Translations under genes and position numbers: made by a program
NCBI RefSeq assembly: GCF_009914755.1
Contig: NC_060928.1
Origin: the human T2T-CHM13v2.0 reference genome, Homo sapiens
Strand: one strand, 5' to 3'
Length of the DNA stretch: 64,000 bases
In this document: piece by piece, positions 1 to 14,689 of the stretch
Position numbering within the stretch: position 1 is the first letter of the stretch
Layout: every line of letters starts with the position of its first letter
Notes under the pieces: generated by a model
Seen by the model: only the letters and a program-made list of their open reading frames with translations
What the model was told of the DNA's origin: nothing
The model's database searches: none

Positions 1-581
1 GATAAACAGAGTCAAAGATATTCTAAGAAAAGTTTCCAAATTTTTCCTCATCTCAATCACTTCTTATAATGATGCTAAAGAGTCAGGACTTTATAGATAG
101 GAGAAAAATAGCACAACAGTGAGGGAAAGGAATCACAGAGACGTCCTTGTGGTGATTGGTAATAATGTGAGCTAAATTCACATCTGTCAGATTAGAAACT
201 CTAGTATGCATATGTTGCATAATATATGACACTATTCTACATGAAAAGGTGATAATAACCACATGAATTAAAACAAAATAGATACAAAATACTGCCCTGA
301 AAACTCTGATTATATGTAACTAGTGGTGAGACAAAGGCAACTGCTTTGATTATAATCATAATACGTTTGTATTTTTCATATGCATCCTTATATTGAATAC
401 ATGTGACTCTTTTTTAACCTTTATATCTGATTTTATTGTTGTCGTAATTTAAATACTTAGCAGTGACATTGTTCAACCTGTAAATTCAACTTTTGGCAGG
501 GTTCTTCTTGTCTTTATCATCACTGAATTTATGCTACTTGAGAGTATCAATTTATCAGAGTAAAGTAGAAAAATAATTCTA

Positions 582-759
582 AGCCAGACATGGTGGCACA
601 TGCTTGTAGTCCTAGCTACTCCAGAAGCTGAGGTTGGAAGGATCACTTGAGCCCAGGAGTTCCAGGCTGCAGTGAGCCATGATCCTGTGATTGCACTCCA
701 CCCTAGGGGACAGAGAGACCCTGTCTCAAATAAATTAAATTAAATTTTAAAATGAAAGA
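582..759 (+). mobile_element. Free Alu monomer (FLAM/FRAM-like) with degenerate A-tail
   Basis: AGCCAGACATGGTGGCACATGCTTGTAGTCC...GATCACTTGAGCCCAGGAGTTC...GACCCTGTCTCAAA; flanked by AGAAAAATAATT(C/A)TA at 567-581 and 760-774 (TSD). Confidence 0.85.
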
Positions 760-3700
760 AGAAAAATAATTATATTCAAGTTATTTTCTAAGATTTACAG
801 TCTCTCAGTGAATAAATCAAGAAATAGGTATAAAGATTTAGGGATTGATGCAATGGGAGTTGAGCACATTAGTAATAGCATCATTGATGATGTTTTGGTT
901 TTCAGATGTTTTGTGTTTTTGAAGCAGGAGACAGACCAAATGGAGGGCCAGAACTTACAGATCCAGAAGTTCTCACTTTCAGATGGTAAGACAAAATGAG
1001 CTACTAATTGTCTGTTATTCAAAGATTCCACATTGACCTTACTCTAAGTGAAAATTTCTCCAAGGGTTTGCACTGTGACTCTTGAGAGTTTTTTGATATT
1101 TTTATTTATTTTCTTTTATGGTATGTTATGTGACACTGCAGTGAGGAATACTGACCAAATGCTATTCCAATCCCAAATAAATGCCTTAATTTTTTTATCA
1201 TTGTTGAATATGAATATAGTATTTGCAAATAATGATTCAAATTGTTGCACTTCACCTGCTCTATTCCTTAAATTTGCAATATCATATTCCTACCTATAAC
1301 AATTTTTAAAAATAATTTATAATTAAAAATGTTTATTGTTTACAATTAGAATTGTTGATTCAGAATTTCCTACTGCTCTGAATATATCCCCAGTATATAA
1401 GACATTAAAGTTAACAACTTAGGTGAGGTCACATAAAATGTGAGTTATTTAAATAACAAAGACAAATAGAAACTAATTGTAATTAAGCCAAATGATAGAT
1501 ATAAGAAGGTTTGAGAAAACAATAGAGATTATGGAATGACTTAGTAGGTATTCATTACGTTTTCTGCCCATTACAATTTTATCAATGGTGATTTTATTCT
1601 TTTAAATAAAGGAATTGACATATATCTCTTTCTGTAGGGTTATAAATGTGTGCATTTGTTGGAGTGTAGAGGGCAATGTCTACAGAAATTTATTAATTTT
1701 TTTCTTATCTTTGTGGTGTAACTCATTTTAAAATTATGCTTCATATTCTTGGACATTGATGGCTAGAAAAGGCCACTAGCTAAGATTTAAACCCAATACC
1801 CTCCAAGTGTCTTGAATTTGACATTTGCAGCCAAGCTCGCTCTCAGTTTCGCTATGCTTATTAATGATCACCAGGAGTTCACAGAACCAGGTCACCCAGA
1901 TGTGATCTAAAAGTTCTCTGAAATTCAAAAGTGAAGGAAGCCCATTGCTACATCTCCCTACACTTCTAAAGTACATTAAAATATGAAATAAATAAATTTA
2001 AAATAAATTATAGGTAGCTAGGGACAGGGAAAATTTTTGTTTTTGTTTTCGTGAGTTTTGAAAATCTCAAGTTCCCTCCAAGGGAATTTTCATTAAAAAT
2101 GGTATTTTTCAAAGATGGGCATCAAGGACAATTGGTAGCAACACAATACATTTTCATCATATGCCATTCCCAGAATGATCAGCAACATGTTTGACAACAG
2201 AGACCCAGGTACAGTCTAGATGTCACAAGGTAGTAACATTCATTCCATATGCTGCCTCATATTTTAAATCAATAATTATTAAGGAGACATTATGCATTAG
2301 AGAAATTATCCTTGGTTCTGAAGAAGATACACGTGAGTTTGACTCTGGCTTGTATTAGCTTTAGAAGATTAGACATATAGCTTAATATCCCCGAGTTTCA
2401 TTTACATTTTTCTGAATACCTAAAATAGGAACCAAAAATGTTGCTTTTTAATTTGATTTTAAATTATTTAAAAAATGAAAGTTTTTTTACTCCAGTTATG
2501 AGAGTATAAAAATGACAATCATTCAGATAAGAGCTGTTAGTTTGCAAAGCAATATACAGTTTACACAGGAATTTCATACCCATTAAAAATAAAATGTTTT
2601 TTAACAAAATCTGCATTAAATTTTTTGATTTTTTAAATTGATACAAGTACATTTTTGAGTTTTATGGAAAATATGGATATAGCAAGTTATTTAGTAGAAA
2701 TAAGTCACATCAGAGTTTATTGAGATTAGGGGAGCATCATTAGACTAAGTGCTTTATATGTACCATCTTACATAATTGTGATATGCTTGTGATTGTTATA
2801 CTGAACATTTTATTCATTGAAATATATTCAAATGAGTGATGATATTATTAAGCAGCTGTCTTCTGGTTTTTGTTATAAAAAAAAACTATATGTGGAGGAC
2901 ACATTTTGTTCTTTCCCAGCCTTCACCTTAAAATTCCATACTCTTCATATCTTCAAATTGGTATAATAGTGGAAAAATATACATATTTACACTTTATAAA
3001 ATTGTTGTGTCAATTAATGTATTTATTTTCTGAGCAAATATTTGGCATTTATTTTTCTCTCAATGTATCTCAGAATAATGATGTAAATTTGTAGAGCCTC
3101 AACTCATAAGAAAACAGTTATTTTTACATACAAAACAAACTGTTTTATGCTCCCCACAGGTATGTTGGATTTTCTTTGTAATTAATTTTGCCAATTTTGA
3201 TGAAAAATCCTTAAAATTTTATTTTCATATTTATTTATTTTATCTATTTTAAAATCATAATAATGATTAGATTATATTGTTACTTCTCATGCTGCTCTCT
3301 AAGGATTTTTCCATATGAAAAATTGAATAGTTTGACAATAACATCATTCCTAATTTGCAACACTAAGGATAATTTAAAAACAACTGTTGAATATCAGTAT
3401 AATTTACTTATAGAAGTAGTATCTCAACAAAAAATATATGTTGTTTGGTATATTCATTTACCTAACATGCTGTTCTGAGGGAGGCTTAGTATTGTAAATG
3501 CACATTTACATATGATTTTTCAGTGATTATGTATCAAATAAGTATGTTTCTCTATATTTGTATCTGTGGGTATGATAGCCCCAGTTGAGACAGGTGCTGG
3601 CAGTCTCAGCCAACTGTTCTTCAAAGGACTATACACAGCTACTTAGAATCATAGCATCATCTTAATATTCCCAGATACTTTAATGAGTTTTCACTCTAAT

Positions 3701-5022
3701 TAAATGTGCAACTTGCAGAGATTATTGGGTGCCAGATTGCTGTGACTGGCAACAGGCTTTCTGTGTTCAGAATCAAATTTTATATCACCTAAACACATCT
3801 ATTTTTAGTAGTTTCATTATAGATGAAGTTAGGCTTTATTTCAATTAAATAACTTACAAACTAAGTAAACAATTACGATTTTCAGGAGTGCAAACAAAAA
3901 CAAAGTAGAGGAAATAAAAACAATATCCACCAAGAAGGAAAACAGATGGAAGAAATAAAGTTCATCAAAGTTCAGTGTTAAAATTTCATGTTGGAATGTT
4001 AGAATACTTACGGGCGTAACACCATGGTGTGGTGGCATGTTACTTCCATCTCTAAGTGGTGATTAATTAACACCAAATATATTTTTGCTGCGGCTTTAAC
4101 AAGGTTAAATGATGCCTTATGCATTGTATGGTAACTTTTGTCAGAAGTCACTTTCAAAGCATCTTTTTAGCTGCAACAATCACACATTTTAACCATAAAA
4201 ATACTTAACATAAAATATATTCTGTAAGTTTTAAATTTTAGGTTATTTTGTACATTTTATTTATTTTAAAATATTCTGAGCTGGCCTGTGTTAAAAAGGG
4301 TTTACCAGTTGTTTTCTGCACACTACATTCAATGTTGTGTTAAAGATAGCCAACTAGGAACACATTCATCACTGGGACTGGGAATCTAAATAGCAACTTT
4401 AAAATACTATGCAATAGATATCATTTTTCCATATTTCTGCCTAAATGCCAAATCCATTTTTAGTTTGTCTCCTAAGCAGGAAGATAAATGTGGAAAGCAG
4501 AATAACATCTTTCCCATTGCCTCAGTGTGCTGAAAAAAGGAATCAAGGAAGAATATAGGTCATAAAGGCACAGTGTTTAGGTCAGAAAGTAGAGCTAGTG
4601 AGAAATCCACAGAGAGAGTATTCCAGGTTTATAATGTAATGGGCTGCAGGGCTTTTGCAGACTGTGAAAGAGGGAATGAAATGTTTTAGAAAGGCAATTG
4701 AAAAATATGGTATTTAAAGTGAACTTTGATCTATCTCATAAACAGATCCCTGGAGATTTTTTTATACAAATAGAAATTACGATTTCAATTTAAGATTATT
4801 GCATCTAACCACCAGGGTTAAAATAAAATGATAATACTCGGATAAGGATCAGCAAAAGTCAGTATACATTGAAAAAGGCAGATCAGAATAGATGTTTAGA
4901 GAAGAGAATTTGATTATATAAAAGTCCCATTATGTGGAATTATATTTCGTTGTATATAATTTTATATAAGCTAACTCTCTATCAGTATTTGTTTAATTGT
5001 GTGTAGTAGTAGGGACTGAGAT

Positions 5023-5225
5023 TGTCTTAGTCCATATAATGTTGCTATAAAGGAACACATGAAGCTGCGTAATTTAAAAAGAAAAAAAAAGGTGTATTTG
5101 GCTCATGATTCTGATGTCTGGAAAAGCTCAAGATTGGCCATCCGTGCTGCTTCTACTCAGGGTGGAAGGTAGGCAAGGGATCTGGTCATCAGTGTGTGTG
5201 GAGATCACATGGTGAGAGTAGGAAC

Positions 5226-5257
<32 letters not shown>

Positions 5258-5685
5258 GTGCAGGCTCTTTTGAACAACCAACAACCAACTCTCTCTGGAG
5301 AACTAATACCGTGACAACTCCCTAATCTCTCCACTGCATTAATCTACTTACGAGTGACCCACCGCATGATCCAAACACCTCTCATTAGGTCCCACTTCCA
5401 ACATTGGGGATCACATTTTTTTTTTTTTTTTTGAGATGGACGTTTGCTCTTGTTGCCCAGGCTGGAGTGCAATGGCATGATTTCGGCTCACTGCAACGTC
5501 CACTTCCTGGGTTTTCAAGCGATTCTCCTGACTCGGCCTCCCAAGTAGCTGAGATTACAGGCATGCGCCACCATACCCAGCTAATTTTGTATTTTTAGTA
5601 GACACGGGGTTTCTACATGTTGGTCAGCCTGGGAGATCACATTTTAACATGAGTTTTGGAGGGGACGAATATCCAAACTGTAGCA
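5023..5685 (-). mobile_element. MaLR solo LTR (MSTB-like), interrupted by an Alu
   Basis: Starts TGTCTTAGTCC, ends ATCCAAACTGTAGCA (reverse complements of MST termini); 5-bp flanks GAGAT/GATAT. Confidence 0.85.
5416..5632 (-). mobile_element. 5'-truncated AluS inserted in the MST LTR
   Basis: poly-T then GAGATGGA...CCAGGCTGGAGTGCAATGG...TTTTTAGTAGA; TSD GATCACATTTT at 5409-5419 and 5635-5645. Confidence 0.9.
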
Positions 5686-6469
5686 GATATATTTTAAAGT
5701 CATCATTTTTGTGACCCTCAAAAAATTTTGTTTTCATTTTTTGGTGTGACAGAATGATAATTTTTGTTTTCCTCTGGTGTTAATGGTCATCTAACCCTGT
5801 TAAGGTAAGAACTTTAATATAGTAATCCTTGCAAGGTATATATGAACAAAATAATTGTGTACTTGCCTTACGGGAAATTCATTCTGAAGAAATGGGAATA
5901 TCCAAGCTTTTCTATATGGAGGAATGCCATGATCCACCATCACGATCATGCTTCCCTGAGAAAGGGAAAGAAAATGATATCTTAGACTCTGACCACAAGA
6001 GGTAAGAAGATGAGGCAGTTAGCTCTGGAAGATTGAGGAAAGATTCAGGTGAGAAATAAGATAAATTCATGGAGGAAAGAGAAAGAATAGAGGAGAAGGA
6101 ACTTTTATCTGCTCAAGTATCGTTGAATCTTGTACTCTGAATATGTTCAAAATTGCCTATCAGAAGGCTCACGTTCTTTTCAGTAATGAGCTCTTTACTC
6201 ATGTTTCAGGTAAGGCTGCAGCTAACAATCCCAGACAGCACTATATTTTAAAGGATTCATAATACACAGTCCTGCATCTTATTTTTCTCCTCTTCCTCTT
6301 CTGAGAATATTAAATAAGGTAATCAAAATATGTGAAAGAATAGATTCATATTTGGATTTTATTCTCAGTGAATGTACAAAACAAAGAAGGTTCTAAACAC
6401 TAGAAATAAAAACAGCTGCCCTTTATTCAGCATCTACTAAGTTTAAAACACTGTTCTGGGTGATTTATA

Positions 6470-6625
6470 CTTGTTATTTATTTACTGCTTAATATTTCTC
6501 TAGGAGTTTGTATTATTTTGCCAATTTTCCTAAGTAGGAAAGCTCAGAGCTACCCAAGTTTACTCAGCTGGAAAGCCATAGAGATTGAAATTTGACTGAG
6601 GTTTTTCTAACTCCAAAGCCCCTTC
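6470..6625 (-). mobile_element. MIR SINE fragment
   Basis: GGAAAGCTCAGAG...CCCAAGTTTACTCAGCTGGAAAG...CTAACTCCAAAGCC resembles the MIR core in antisense. Confidence 0.6.
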
Positions 6626-6949
6626 TGTTACCACACAAACACACACACATACACACGTATACACATATATACAAATCCAAATTGAACACTGTCTCTGCCC
6701 TACTGGAGCTTAGAGCATCATCTTTTAAAATTAAGACATATATATTTTTAAGTAGCATACATCACATAATGTTATGTTTTATTTTGCAATACAAACAAAC
6801 TTGCTAAAGCTCCTAAACCTGCTCCTTTTGAATTCTTAAATTTCTTCTGTATTAGCAAACAGAAAGGCCACCTTTTCTTCCTTTAACTAATATTAACTAA
6901 TTATTCTAAAATTTTTGCTGTTCATGAAAGTTCCTTTTCTGTTGTTTTT

Positions 6950-7950
6950 TTTTTTCCCCTCATCTCCTTGAACACTACATTCTCCTGGATTTTCCCCTAC
7001 CTCCTGGGACCTTCCTTTTCTTTAGTTTTTGCCGCTTCATCTTATAATATTATTCTCAAGGCTCTGTCCTTGTCCTATACCTCTCCTACGAGGTAACCAA
7101 TTGTTGGTCAACCACATCTATTTTCCAAGCTTCATCTGATGAACCAAATGTCTTTAGCAAAAATATCTATTGAAAAGTATTTCATTCAACATTTATTTCT
7201 TCAGTAATTTTTTACTAAGTTACTATTGTATGACAGGCACAGTTTTTGGGTCTGGGAACACAGTAGTCAACAAAACATATCAAGTGCCTTCTCTCAAGCA
7301 TTTTGGATGTCCCATCAATATCTCAAACTCATTTTGCCACAAACCAGACTCTTTGTCACTTCCTATGAAAATACATTTTTCGAACGCTCTATCTGAGTGA
7401 CTAATTCATTCATATTCTTAAGTTAGAATCTTGGAGTCGCCGCATCTCTGCATTTACACACTCTATCATGTCAATAAATGCTACAGGTTTTGACACTCAT
7501 TATCTCATAAATCCTTTTCTCCCTTTCTACTCTCATAGCCCAGCTCACCACTTCTCATGGGATTCATCAGGAAAAGCCTAAAACTTTTTTTCTACCTACT
7601 TTGTAATCTATTTTCTACACTACTTCTCAAATGACCTTTCTAAAAAGCAAATTTGGTCAGCACACTCCACTGCTCAAAATCCCTGAGTGCATTCCCAAAA
7701 CAGCTTAGTGAACAAAACTTTGTCTCATTTACTCTTGTCATATTAATTTTTTACTTATGTACAGTCTTATATGCAATTCTTATATAAAATCTACAAACTG
7801 AATAGTGCAATTTCTTACTTCTGTATATTCATGCATTTAATATTTGTCAGTTCTGACACTGTTGATTTTGGAGAGCTTTCTGTGGATCTATCTTGATTTA
7901 TTAGAGAACTTTCTGACATGCTTCCTTTTGTATTCAGTGCATCTCTAAAA
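6950..7950. mobile_element. Degenerate L2 fragments (mostly +, with an antisense L2 3' end at about 7180-7300)
   Basis: CATCTCCTTGAACACTACATTCTCCTGGATTTTCCCCTACCTC; CATTCAACATTTATT...AGGCACAGTTTTTGGGTCTGGGAACACAGTAGTCAACAAAAC. Confidence 0.55.
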
Positions 7951-8889
7951 TGCACTGAAGTTTAACTGATTTCCTTAATTATTTTTCAATCTGAATCATG
8001 AGTGTGTTAAATACATTTGAGCTCTACTTACTTTCCAACCCCGTCACACTGCCTGGGCCATGAAAGGCACTCAACTCATACTTACTATGGTGGTGAAGAA
8101 ACAACCGTATACCAGACCTATGTGGCCTGAGGTTAAAGGTTTTATGTGGGAGTGGAATAGACTTGGCATTGAAGTACATATACTGTTTGCGTTTGGTGTT
8201 GAAGAAAGAAGCTTTTGGTAAAAGCAACATCATGTAAAAAGTGACAGACAAGTAAAATGTACTGAGGAAAGAGACTAACCTTTTGGAAAGACGGGGTGTC
8301 AGTAGCTAGCTAGCCTGAACTGTGCACTGGGATTGATAAGTGGTATCTAATGTAACAAAAATTTGTGGAGCTCCCTTCCTTCCCTCCATCCTTTCATCCT
8401 TTCTTTTTCTTTTTTCCTTAAGGTTCTTTCCTTTTTTTATTTCCAGGCACCACATAATACTATTGAAGGTGCAAAGTTTATTCATTCATTGATATCAGAA
8501 GTTGTCAGTACCTATGGAGCCCTTTTTTTTCCCGGAGCCATGTTTTCTTTCCATTAGACATGTGCACATATTTGTTTACTTTCTCATCTTTTCACACAAA
8601 TGTAATCTTTACATAGAAACTAAAACGTGGGTCTTGCTATTTATCCTCCCTCATTCTGCTCTACCGTTACATCTAATGAATAAAATCTGGAATTCAGACC
8701 CCATGGACTCCTGTTTTAGTTTCCTCTTGTCTGTTATGTGGATTAAAACTTTAACTTGCTTATCAGAGGTTCTTGGTTTGAACCTGTGTTTTGAGACTAT
8801 CTGTTACACATGGTGTCCTCTCTAAGACTGTTTCCTATCTTTCTCCTCTCCTCTGTGTACAACCTCATGGAACATGTAGAAAACTTGTA

Positions 8890-9110
8890 CAGCATGCTGA
8901 CTAAGGGCATGGTCTGTGGAACCAGACTAGTTGGCTTGGAATAGTGGTTCTGCTCCCTACATACTGTGTTAAGTAGATTACTTAACATTTTTTGTGTTTC
9001 AGCAACTAAATAGAAATAGGAATAAAATATGATTTTCATAGAGTAATCATGAGATTTAAAATATTTAATATGTATAAAGCATTTAAAAAGACAGTAATAA
9101 CTAATAAATT
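8890..9110 (+). mobile_element. MIR SINE
   Basis: AGCATGCTGACTAAGGGCATGGTCTGTGGAACCAGAC...TTACTTAAC...TATGTATAAAGCATTTA. Confidence 0.7.
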
Positions 9111-9635
9111 TTATATTATACTATTCCTCTGAAATATCACCTCCTGCTAATAACAGATACACACAATGTATATAGGTGTATGTATGTACGTATATACACA
9201 CACATACATACATGCATATATATACATGTATTTTAACATGTAGTTTACTTAAACACTTGAAATTTTGTATACAGGGCTTGGTGCCTCTCCCTATGTTTGT
9301 CTTCTATTTAAATAAGCTATGAATATTTATTTTTTTCTTAAATGGTCTTTACATTTTATTGCTCATTAGTTGATTGCCAGTGTAGTTGCATTTTTTCTTT
9401 TCATCATCATGAGTGACAGGATGTCAAGTTGAAGCATTTTAATGCCAATGAAAATGGTAAATTATGTATCTTGATGACTAACAAAACCTTAATCAACAAT
9501 GTGGAAAAGTTTATGTGCATTCTATTGACATTCATTGGCACTCTCTGATATCCTTACATAATTAAGCATATATATATATATATACTTAACACTTAACACT
9601 CTCTCCCTCTCCTTCTCTCTTTCTTTCTCCATATA

Positions 9636-9660
9636 TGTGTGTGTGTGTGTGTGTGTGTGT
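9636..9660. repeat. (TG)n microsatellite
   Basis: About 12 TG units read directly. Confidence 0.95.
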
Positions 9661-10824
9661 AACTTTAAAACTTAATTATTGGTCAAGGTTTAAAATTTTT
9701 GTCAGTTTGAATTTTATATTTTTTGAAAGTAAATAGTTCTTATCTTTTTTGAATACCTGATTTTAAACATTGTATAGAAATATAATAATATTTTAATCTT
9801 CTTTTTGAAGCAACTTATTTGTCAAGTCAGAGAAGCTACTAGTAATAGCTATTTAATCTGTGATGTCAATAATCACATCAAATGTAAATGGTCTAAATGT
9901 TCCAAAATATTGTATGAATTGTTATAGCCTGAAATTTTGACTTTAGAAAGATGTTTCTTCACCCAACACTTACAAAGCTGGGCAAGGGTGCAGTGATATA
10001 TCATTTAAAATAAAACAAAATTGAGAATACTGAAAAGTTGAATGTTTGTGAGAAAGACCAGATATTTTGGGCAAATAATAGGGAAAATAATGACTAACTT
10101 CTGTGGATATAATACTACTTGATAGAATTGCTCAAATTATTTGGGATTTCTGGTTTTTAAAAGTTGATTTGGAATTATTTTAAAATACAAAACATTTAGA
10201 CTTTTTAAAACTTTTTAAAATAAAATTATTATCCTTGTTTGGTTATTTTGTTTTTACTCTATATTTTTGAGCATAAACTTATATTTTTATAAATGTTTAT
10301 CTTTCTCGTTTTAGTGTCTTCATGGCTATATGGCTTATATGTAATGCTTAAGCCTTGTTAACTTATTTCTGTGTAGAAGAGATGGTCAAGCTTAATTTTA
10401 TCATTTTCAGTAGGTTGTATGACATTTGTACCAACATGTTATATTGAAAACCAATCATTCCAAGACTGACATATATTTGTGTGTGTCTATTTGTGTGTTT
10501 GTATGTGGCTGTGTATAATATGAATTACAAAATCATATTTATTATATAATGCTAAATTCACGTCAGTAGTTACTGACACTACATACTACTATCTATTTCT
10601 TCAAATTTTTATAATTTCTGTTTATTCCCTCTATCTATTCATTTCAATACCAATATCAAACTTCTGTGATTTTTATAGCATGTATACATATAATGCTATA
10701 TTTCAAATTATCTTTCTCACATTCAACAATTTGTGTGCTTTGAATTGCTTCACAAAATAACACTATTCTTGCCAACATTTAGCGTATCTTTGAACATACA
10801 TTTCTTTAATTTTCAATATAATAC

Positions 10825-11550
10825 TTTGGCAGACTGCATTTTCCCAAGATGACTGCAACATTATCTCTCCTCGAACATGTTTTTATTTCTAGTATCCTGT
10901 TACTCTTCATCATGAAATATTGTATAATCCTCATCCCCTTAAATTTGAATGGGTTTTAATAATAATTCGTGACCAACAGAATGTATCAGAAGGCATGCTC
11001 TATAACTTTCAGTCATGGATCATGAAAAATGATGCAGATTTTGTCTTTTCAGCTGAAATACTGGGATACTCAAGTTTTGAAGGCTTCATGTGTCATGTAA
11101 ACATACTAGTGGCTATTATATCACCCTGCTGTTAGAAACACTAAATTAGCATTCCATGGAGAAAAGAGACATTGGGCTAACCACTTGCGCATCCAGCATC
11201 CAAACCCCAGCAATATGCCAGCCTCAGCCATTGTTTGACTGAATCTACATAAGCACCTAAGGACGGAACCACAAAAGTGAACATTTTTTGAATCCTGGAT
11301 CCAGAAAAACAACGAGAGTTAATAAAATAAATGTTTTGTTTCAAGTCACTAAATTTTTAGGTAATTTTTAGGTACACCAATACCTAAGTGGAACAGAAAT
11401 GCAATACTTGGAAGTAGGGATCTGATGTAACAGAAACATACAAAATGTGGCTTCGTCTTTGAAACCAAATGGTTGGTGAATGTTAAAAAAGACTTGAGGA
11501 TACTGGTGGTAAACACTTGGAGGTCAGAGATGAAAGTGTATGAGACAAGA
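10825..11550 (+). mobile_element. MaLR MLT1 (G/H-like) LTR 10825-11395 plus start of MLT1 internal region
   Basis: TTTGGCAGACTGCATTTTCCCAAGATGACTGCAACA ... AATAAA...TTTTGTTTCAAGTCACTAAATTTT...GGAACA, followed by TACTTGGAAGTAGGGATCTGATGTAACAGAAAC (internal-like). Confidence 0.7.
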
Positions 11551-11679
11551 AATAAAATAAGACTTTAAAAATATTTATAGTGTTTTCTTATCAGTTATCA
11601 GGGTAAGAAGTTGATGTAATAATTATCTCTGATGTTAATCAATGGATGGTTTCATACACACTGTAATTTAATTTTAAAT

Positions 11680-12500
11680 ATTTTTATTGAGATATAATTT
11701 ATATACCATATATTTGCCAATTTTCAAGTGCACAATTTAATAGTATTTGCATATTTGCAGAGTTTTGCAAATGTCACAATAATCTTAGTACATTTTCATC
11801 ACTCTTAAAGAGATCCTATAGCCACTAACAGTCACTCTCTATTTCCTACCCCCAGCCTTAGGCAACCACTAATCTACATTCTATACTTATTGATTTGCCT
11901 ATACTGAATATTTTATGTGAATAAAATAATATAATATGTGGTGTTTTACACTTGACTTCTTTGCAATAGAGCTTTAATATTGGCCCATATTGTAGCACCA
12001 GTACTTCAATCCATTTTAACGTCAAAAATAATTTGTTGTATAGTTATACTGCATTTTCCTTATCCATTCTTCAATTGAAGGGCATTTTGGTTAATTTTAC
12101 TCTTGGGCCACTGTAAATAAATCTGTATTAATAGATATGTCTCATGTATGTGATAACTCTGCGTTTGTCAGTAACTGTCATCTCTTTTCCAAAGTGGCTG
12201 CTCCATGTTATAATCCCAACACCAGTGTCTAAGTGTTCGAATTTCTCTGTTTCCTTGCTAAATTAGTAATTGTGAGCCCTTCAACTTGTAATTATTTTTA
12301 AGATTATTTTGAATCTGGGACCATTGCATTTCAAAATGAATTTAAGAGTCAGCTTGTTAAGTTCTGCAGAAAAAAAAAAAAAAGTAAAGAAGAAGAAGAA
12401 AAAAAGAGAAAGTTTTTACAGGGATTGAATCTGTATATTAACAACGTTACGCCCTCCAATCAATGAATATTGGTACTTTCCAGTTATTTAAATCTTAAAT
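11680..12500 (-). mobile_element. Old L1 (L1M) 3' end
   Basis: TTTTTATTGAGATATAATTTATATACCATA...GGCAACCACTAATCTAC...TTCCAAAGTGGCTG typical of antisense L1MB/ME 3' ends. Confidence 0.8.
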
Positions 12501-13749
12501 GTTCCCTGCCTGATAGTGCCACAGTGGGTGCAACCTGGGCCATGTACATAATCTTCCTGAGCTTCAGAGATAACAATGGTTTTAGCTGGTTCTGTTGGAC
12601 TGCTTATTTCCTGATGTCCCCATTAAGCTTTTGGCTGGTCTGTCTCTATTAGTATTACACTCAGATTTTTGCCTCTATTAATTAATTGCCAACAAATGAC
12701 TGTATTCTTTTCAAAAACATCCCAGGATGTTCCATATGTTGTTTCAGTCTGACCCCCCAAAAAATGAGCCTCTTGGCAGGGATAGAGTGTTGCTATGCTT
12801 TGATAGTTGTTATGGTCCTCCCTTGGACATCAGCTATGCACTATGAAGGTTTAGTTTGGATTAAATTTGCATCATAGATTTCTACAATGCAGGAGAAAAA
12901 TACACCACCCACACTGATATTTCCTTCCTTCAAATAAAAGATTGAAAGTTATTATAGTTACATGCATTCAGTTTTATGCATACTAACGTTTTGATAATAA
13001 CTTGAAGATTTAGTTTACTTCTTATCCACGATATTTTGCAGTTAATATTTTAAATATCTAAGTATTTTAATTTACCTTATAATTTGCAGTTCTGAAATTT
13101 AAACAGAGTTTAAAAAGAAATGTTGCATTCTCTTATGTTCATATTCACTATCATATCTTTTAAAAGGAAATTATTCTAATCCCAAATTTATTCAATACCC
13201 AAGGGTTTTTAAAAAATTCTTTTCAACAGAAAAAGTAGTATCTTCACAACAAGAACAGTTGGATTGACAGACTGGAATGAGATTTGTTGTATGTCTGATA
13301 AAGAATCAGGAAAGTCATGATAATTTCAGAAAACTAATAACTAGACCTGAGGACTAACCCTCAGAATAGTAAAGATTTTATATTTGTTAAACAACTTTGG
13401 AGCAAATTTTTCTTAAATTTCTACTACATAGTGTGTATATTCTGCTTAAGCATGTGCATTTTTGTGAAATTTAATTTAAATCATATTAATATGTCTACAA
13501 AATAACTTCTACAGAAAATATTTTATGGGAGTTAATAATTGGTTTATGTTTTACCAATCTTAGAATATATGTTTATTGTGGTATATCATATATGAATCCA
13601 AGCAGAAATAAATGTAATTTAATAATGTACTTTTAATAATTATAAAATTGAAAATACACTCATTTAGAAACCATTGCCCAGAGAGTATACTGTTACCCAT
13701 CCATGGGAGAAATTTAATTCAGTAATTTCAAGAACTTGACTTTCTATGC

Positions 13750-14550
13750 TTTATTATCTACACAACAGTTGGAGTGATCTTTAAAAGCAAACAAGTATGT
13801 CATATCATTCCATAGCTATAATAATTAAAATGATGTCTGACTATTATTATAATAAAAAACCAAACTTACATCATTCATTGAAGTCCTGTATATAATCTGG
13901 GCCCTGGATCCTTCACTCTATAGTTTATTTGTTTCTTGAACAAAACATATTTGAAATAATATAACATAATGCCTATAAGCATGCAAATTATGAATATGAG
14001 TTTCATTGCTTCATAGCTGCATTTCCTTAGCAACACATTTATAATCTTTAAAGATAGTAATGCTATCTACTTTGTAGACTTCTTGCAAGGATTAAATCAA
14101 ATAATACATTTAAAATATTTAGTGTCTGGCTCACAGTTTGTGCTGAGTAAATATAGGCTATTTTTATTATGGCGGTTTTTATTTCAGAGGCTTTGCAACT
14201 CTTTACTCTTACTGGAATGCTCTCCCCATACAACAGCTTTTTATAAGGCTGTTTCTTTCTCATACTGCGTAACTCAACACAAATTTCATAGTTTCAGAAA
14301 AGCCTGTCTGAAAAACACACAAAATCAGTCACTTACCCAACTCATACTATATCCCGTCATTATATTTTATCTTTTCATGGCAGTTATATTTATGAATAAA
14401 TATTTAATATTGGCACATACTGGTTTAATTATATCCAATACAATGTAAACTCCATAAATTCAGGGACTTTGTCAATCTCATGGGTTGATTTCTCTACAAA
14501 AGCTGAGAGGCTCTTATGTATAATAGGTCTCAAAGAATAAATAATTAATA
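13750..14550 (+). mobile_element. L2 3' fragment with an inserted MIR (about 14000-14170)
   Basis: L2-like GAGTGATCTTTAAAAGCAAAC.., CTGGAATGCTCTCCCC; MIR 3' end AGGATTAAATCAAATAATACATTTAAAATATTTAGTGTCTGGCTCACAG. Confidence 0.6.
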
Positions 14551-14689
14551 CATATGTATGTCAAAACAAAAGCATAAGTTCCAAACAATATCCATTGTAA
14601 AAAAGACATTTATCAAATTTATATATTGTGCTTAAAGAAAAATATAAAACATTTTGTCTCAGTGTCTCTACCACAACATATTTTATCAA

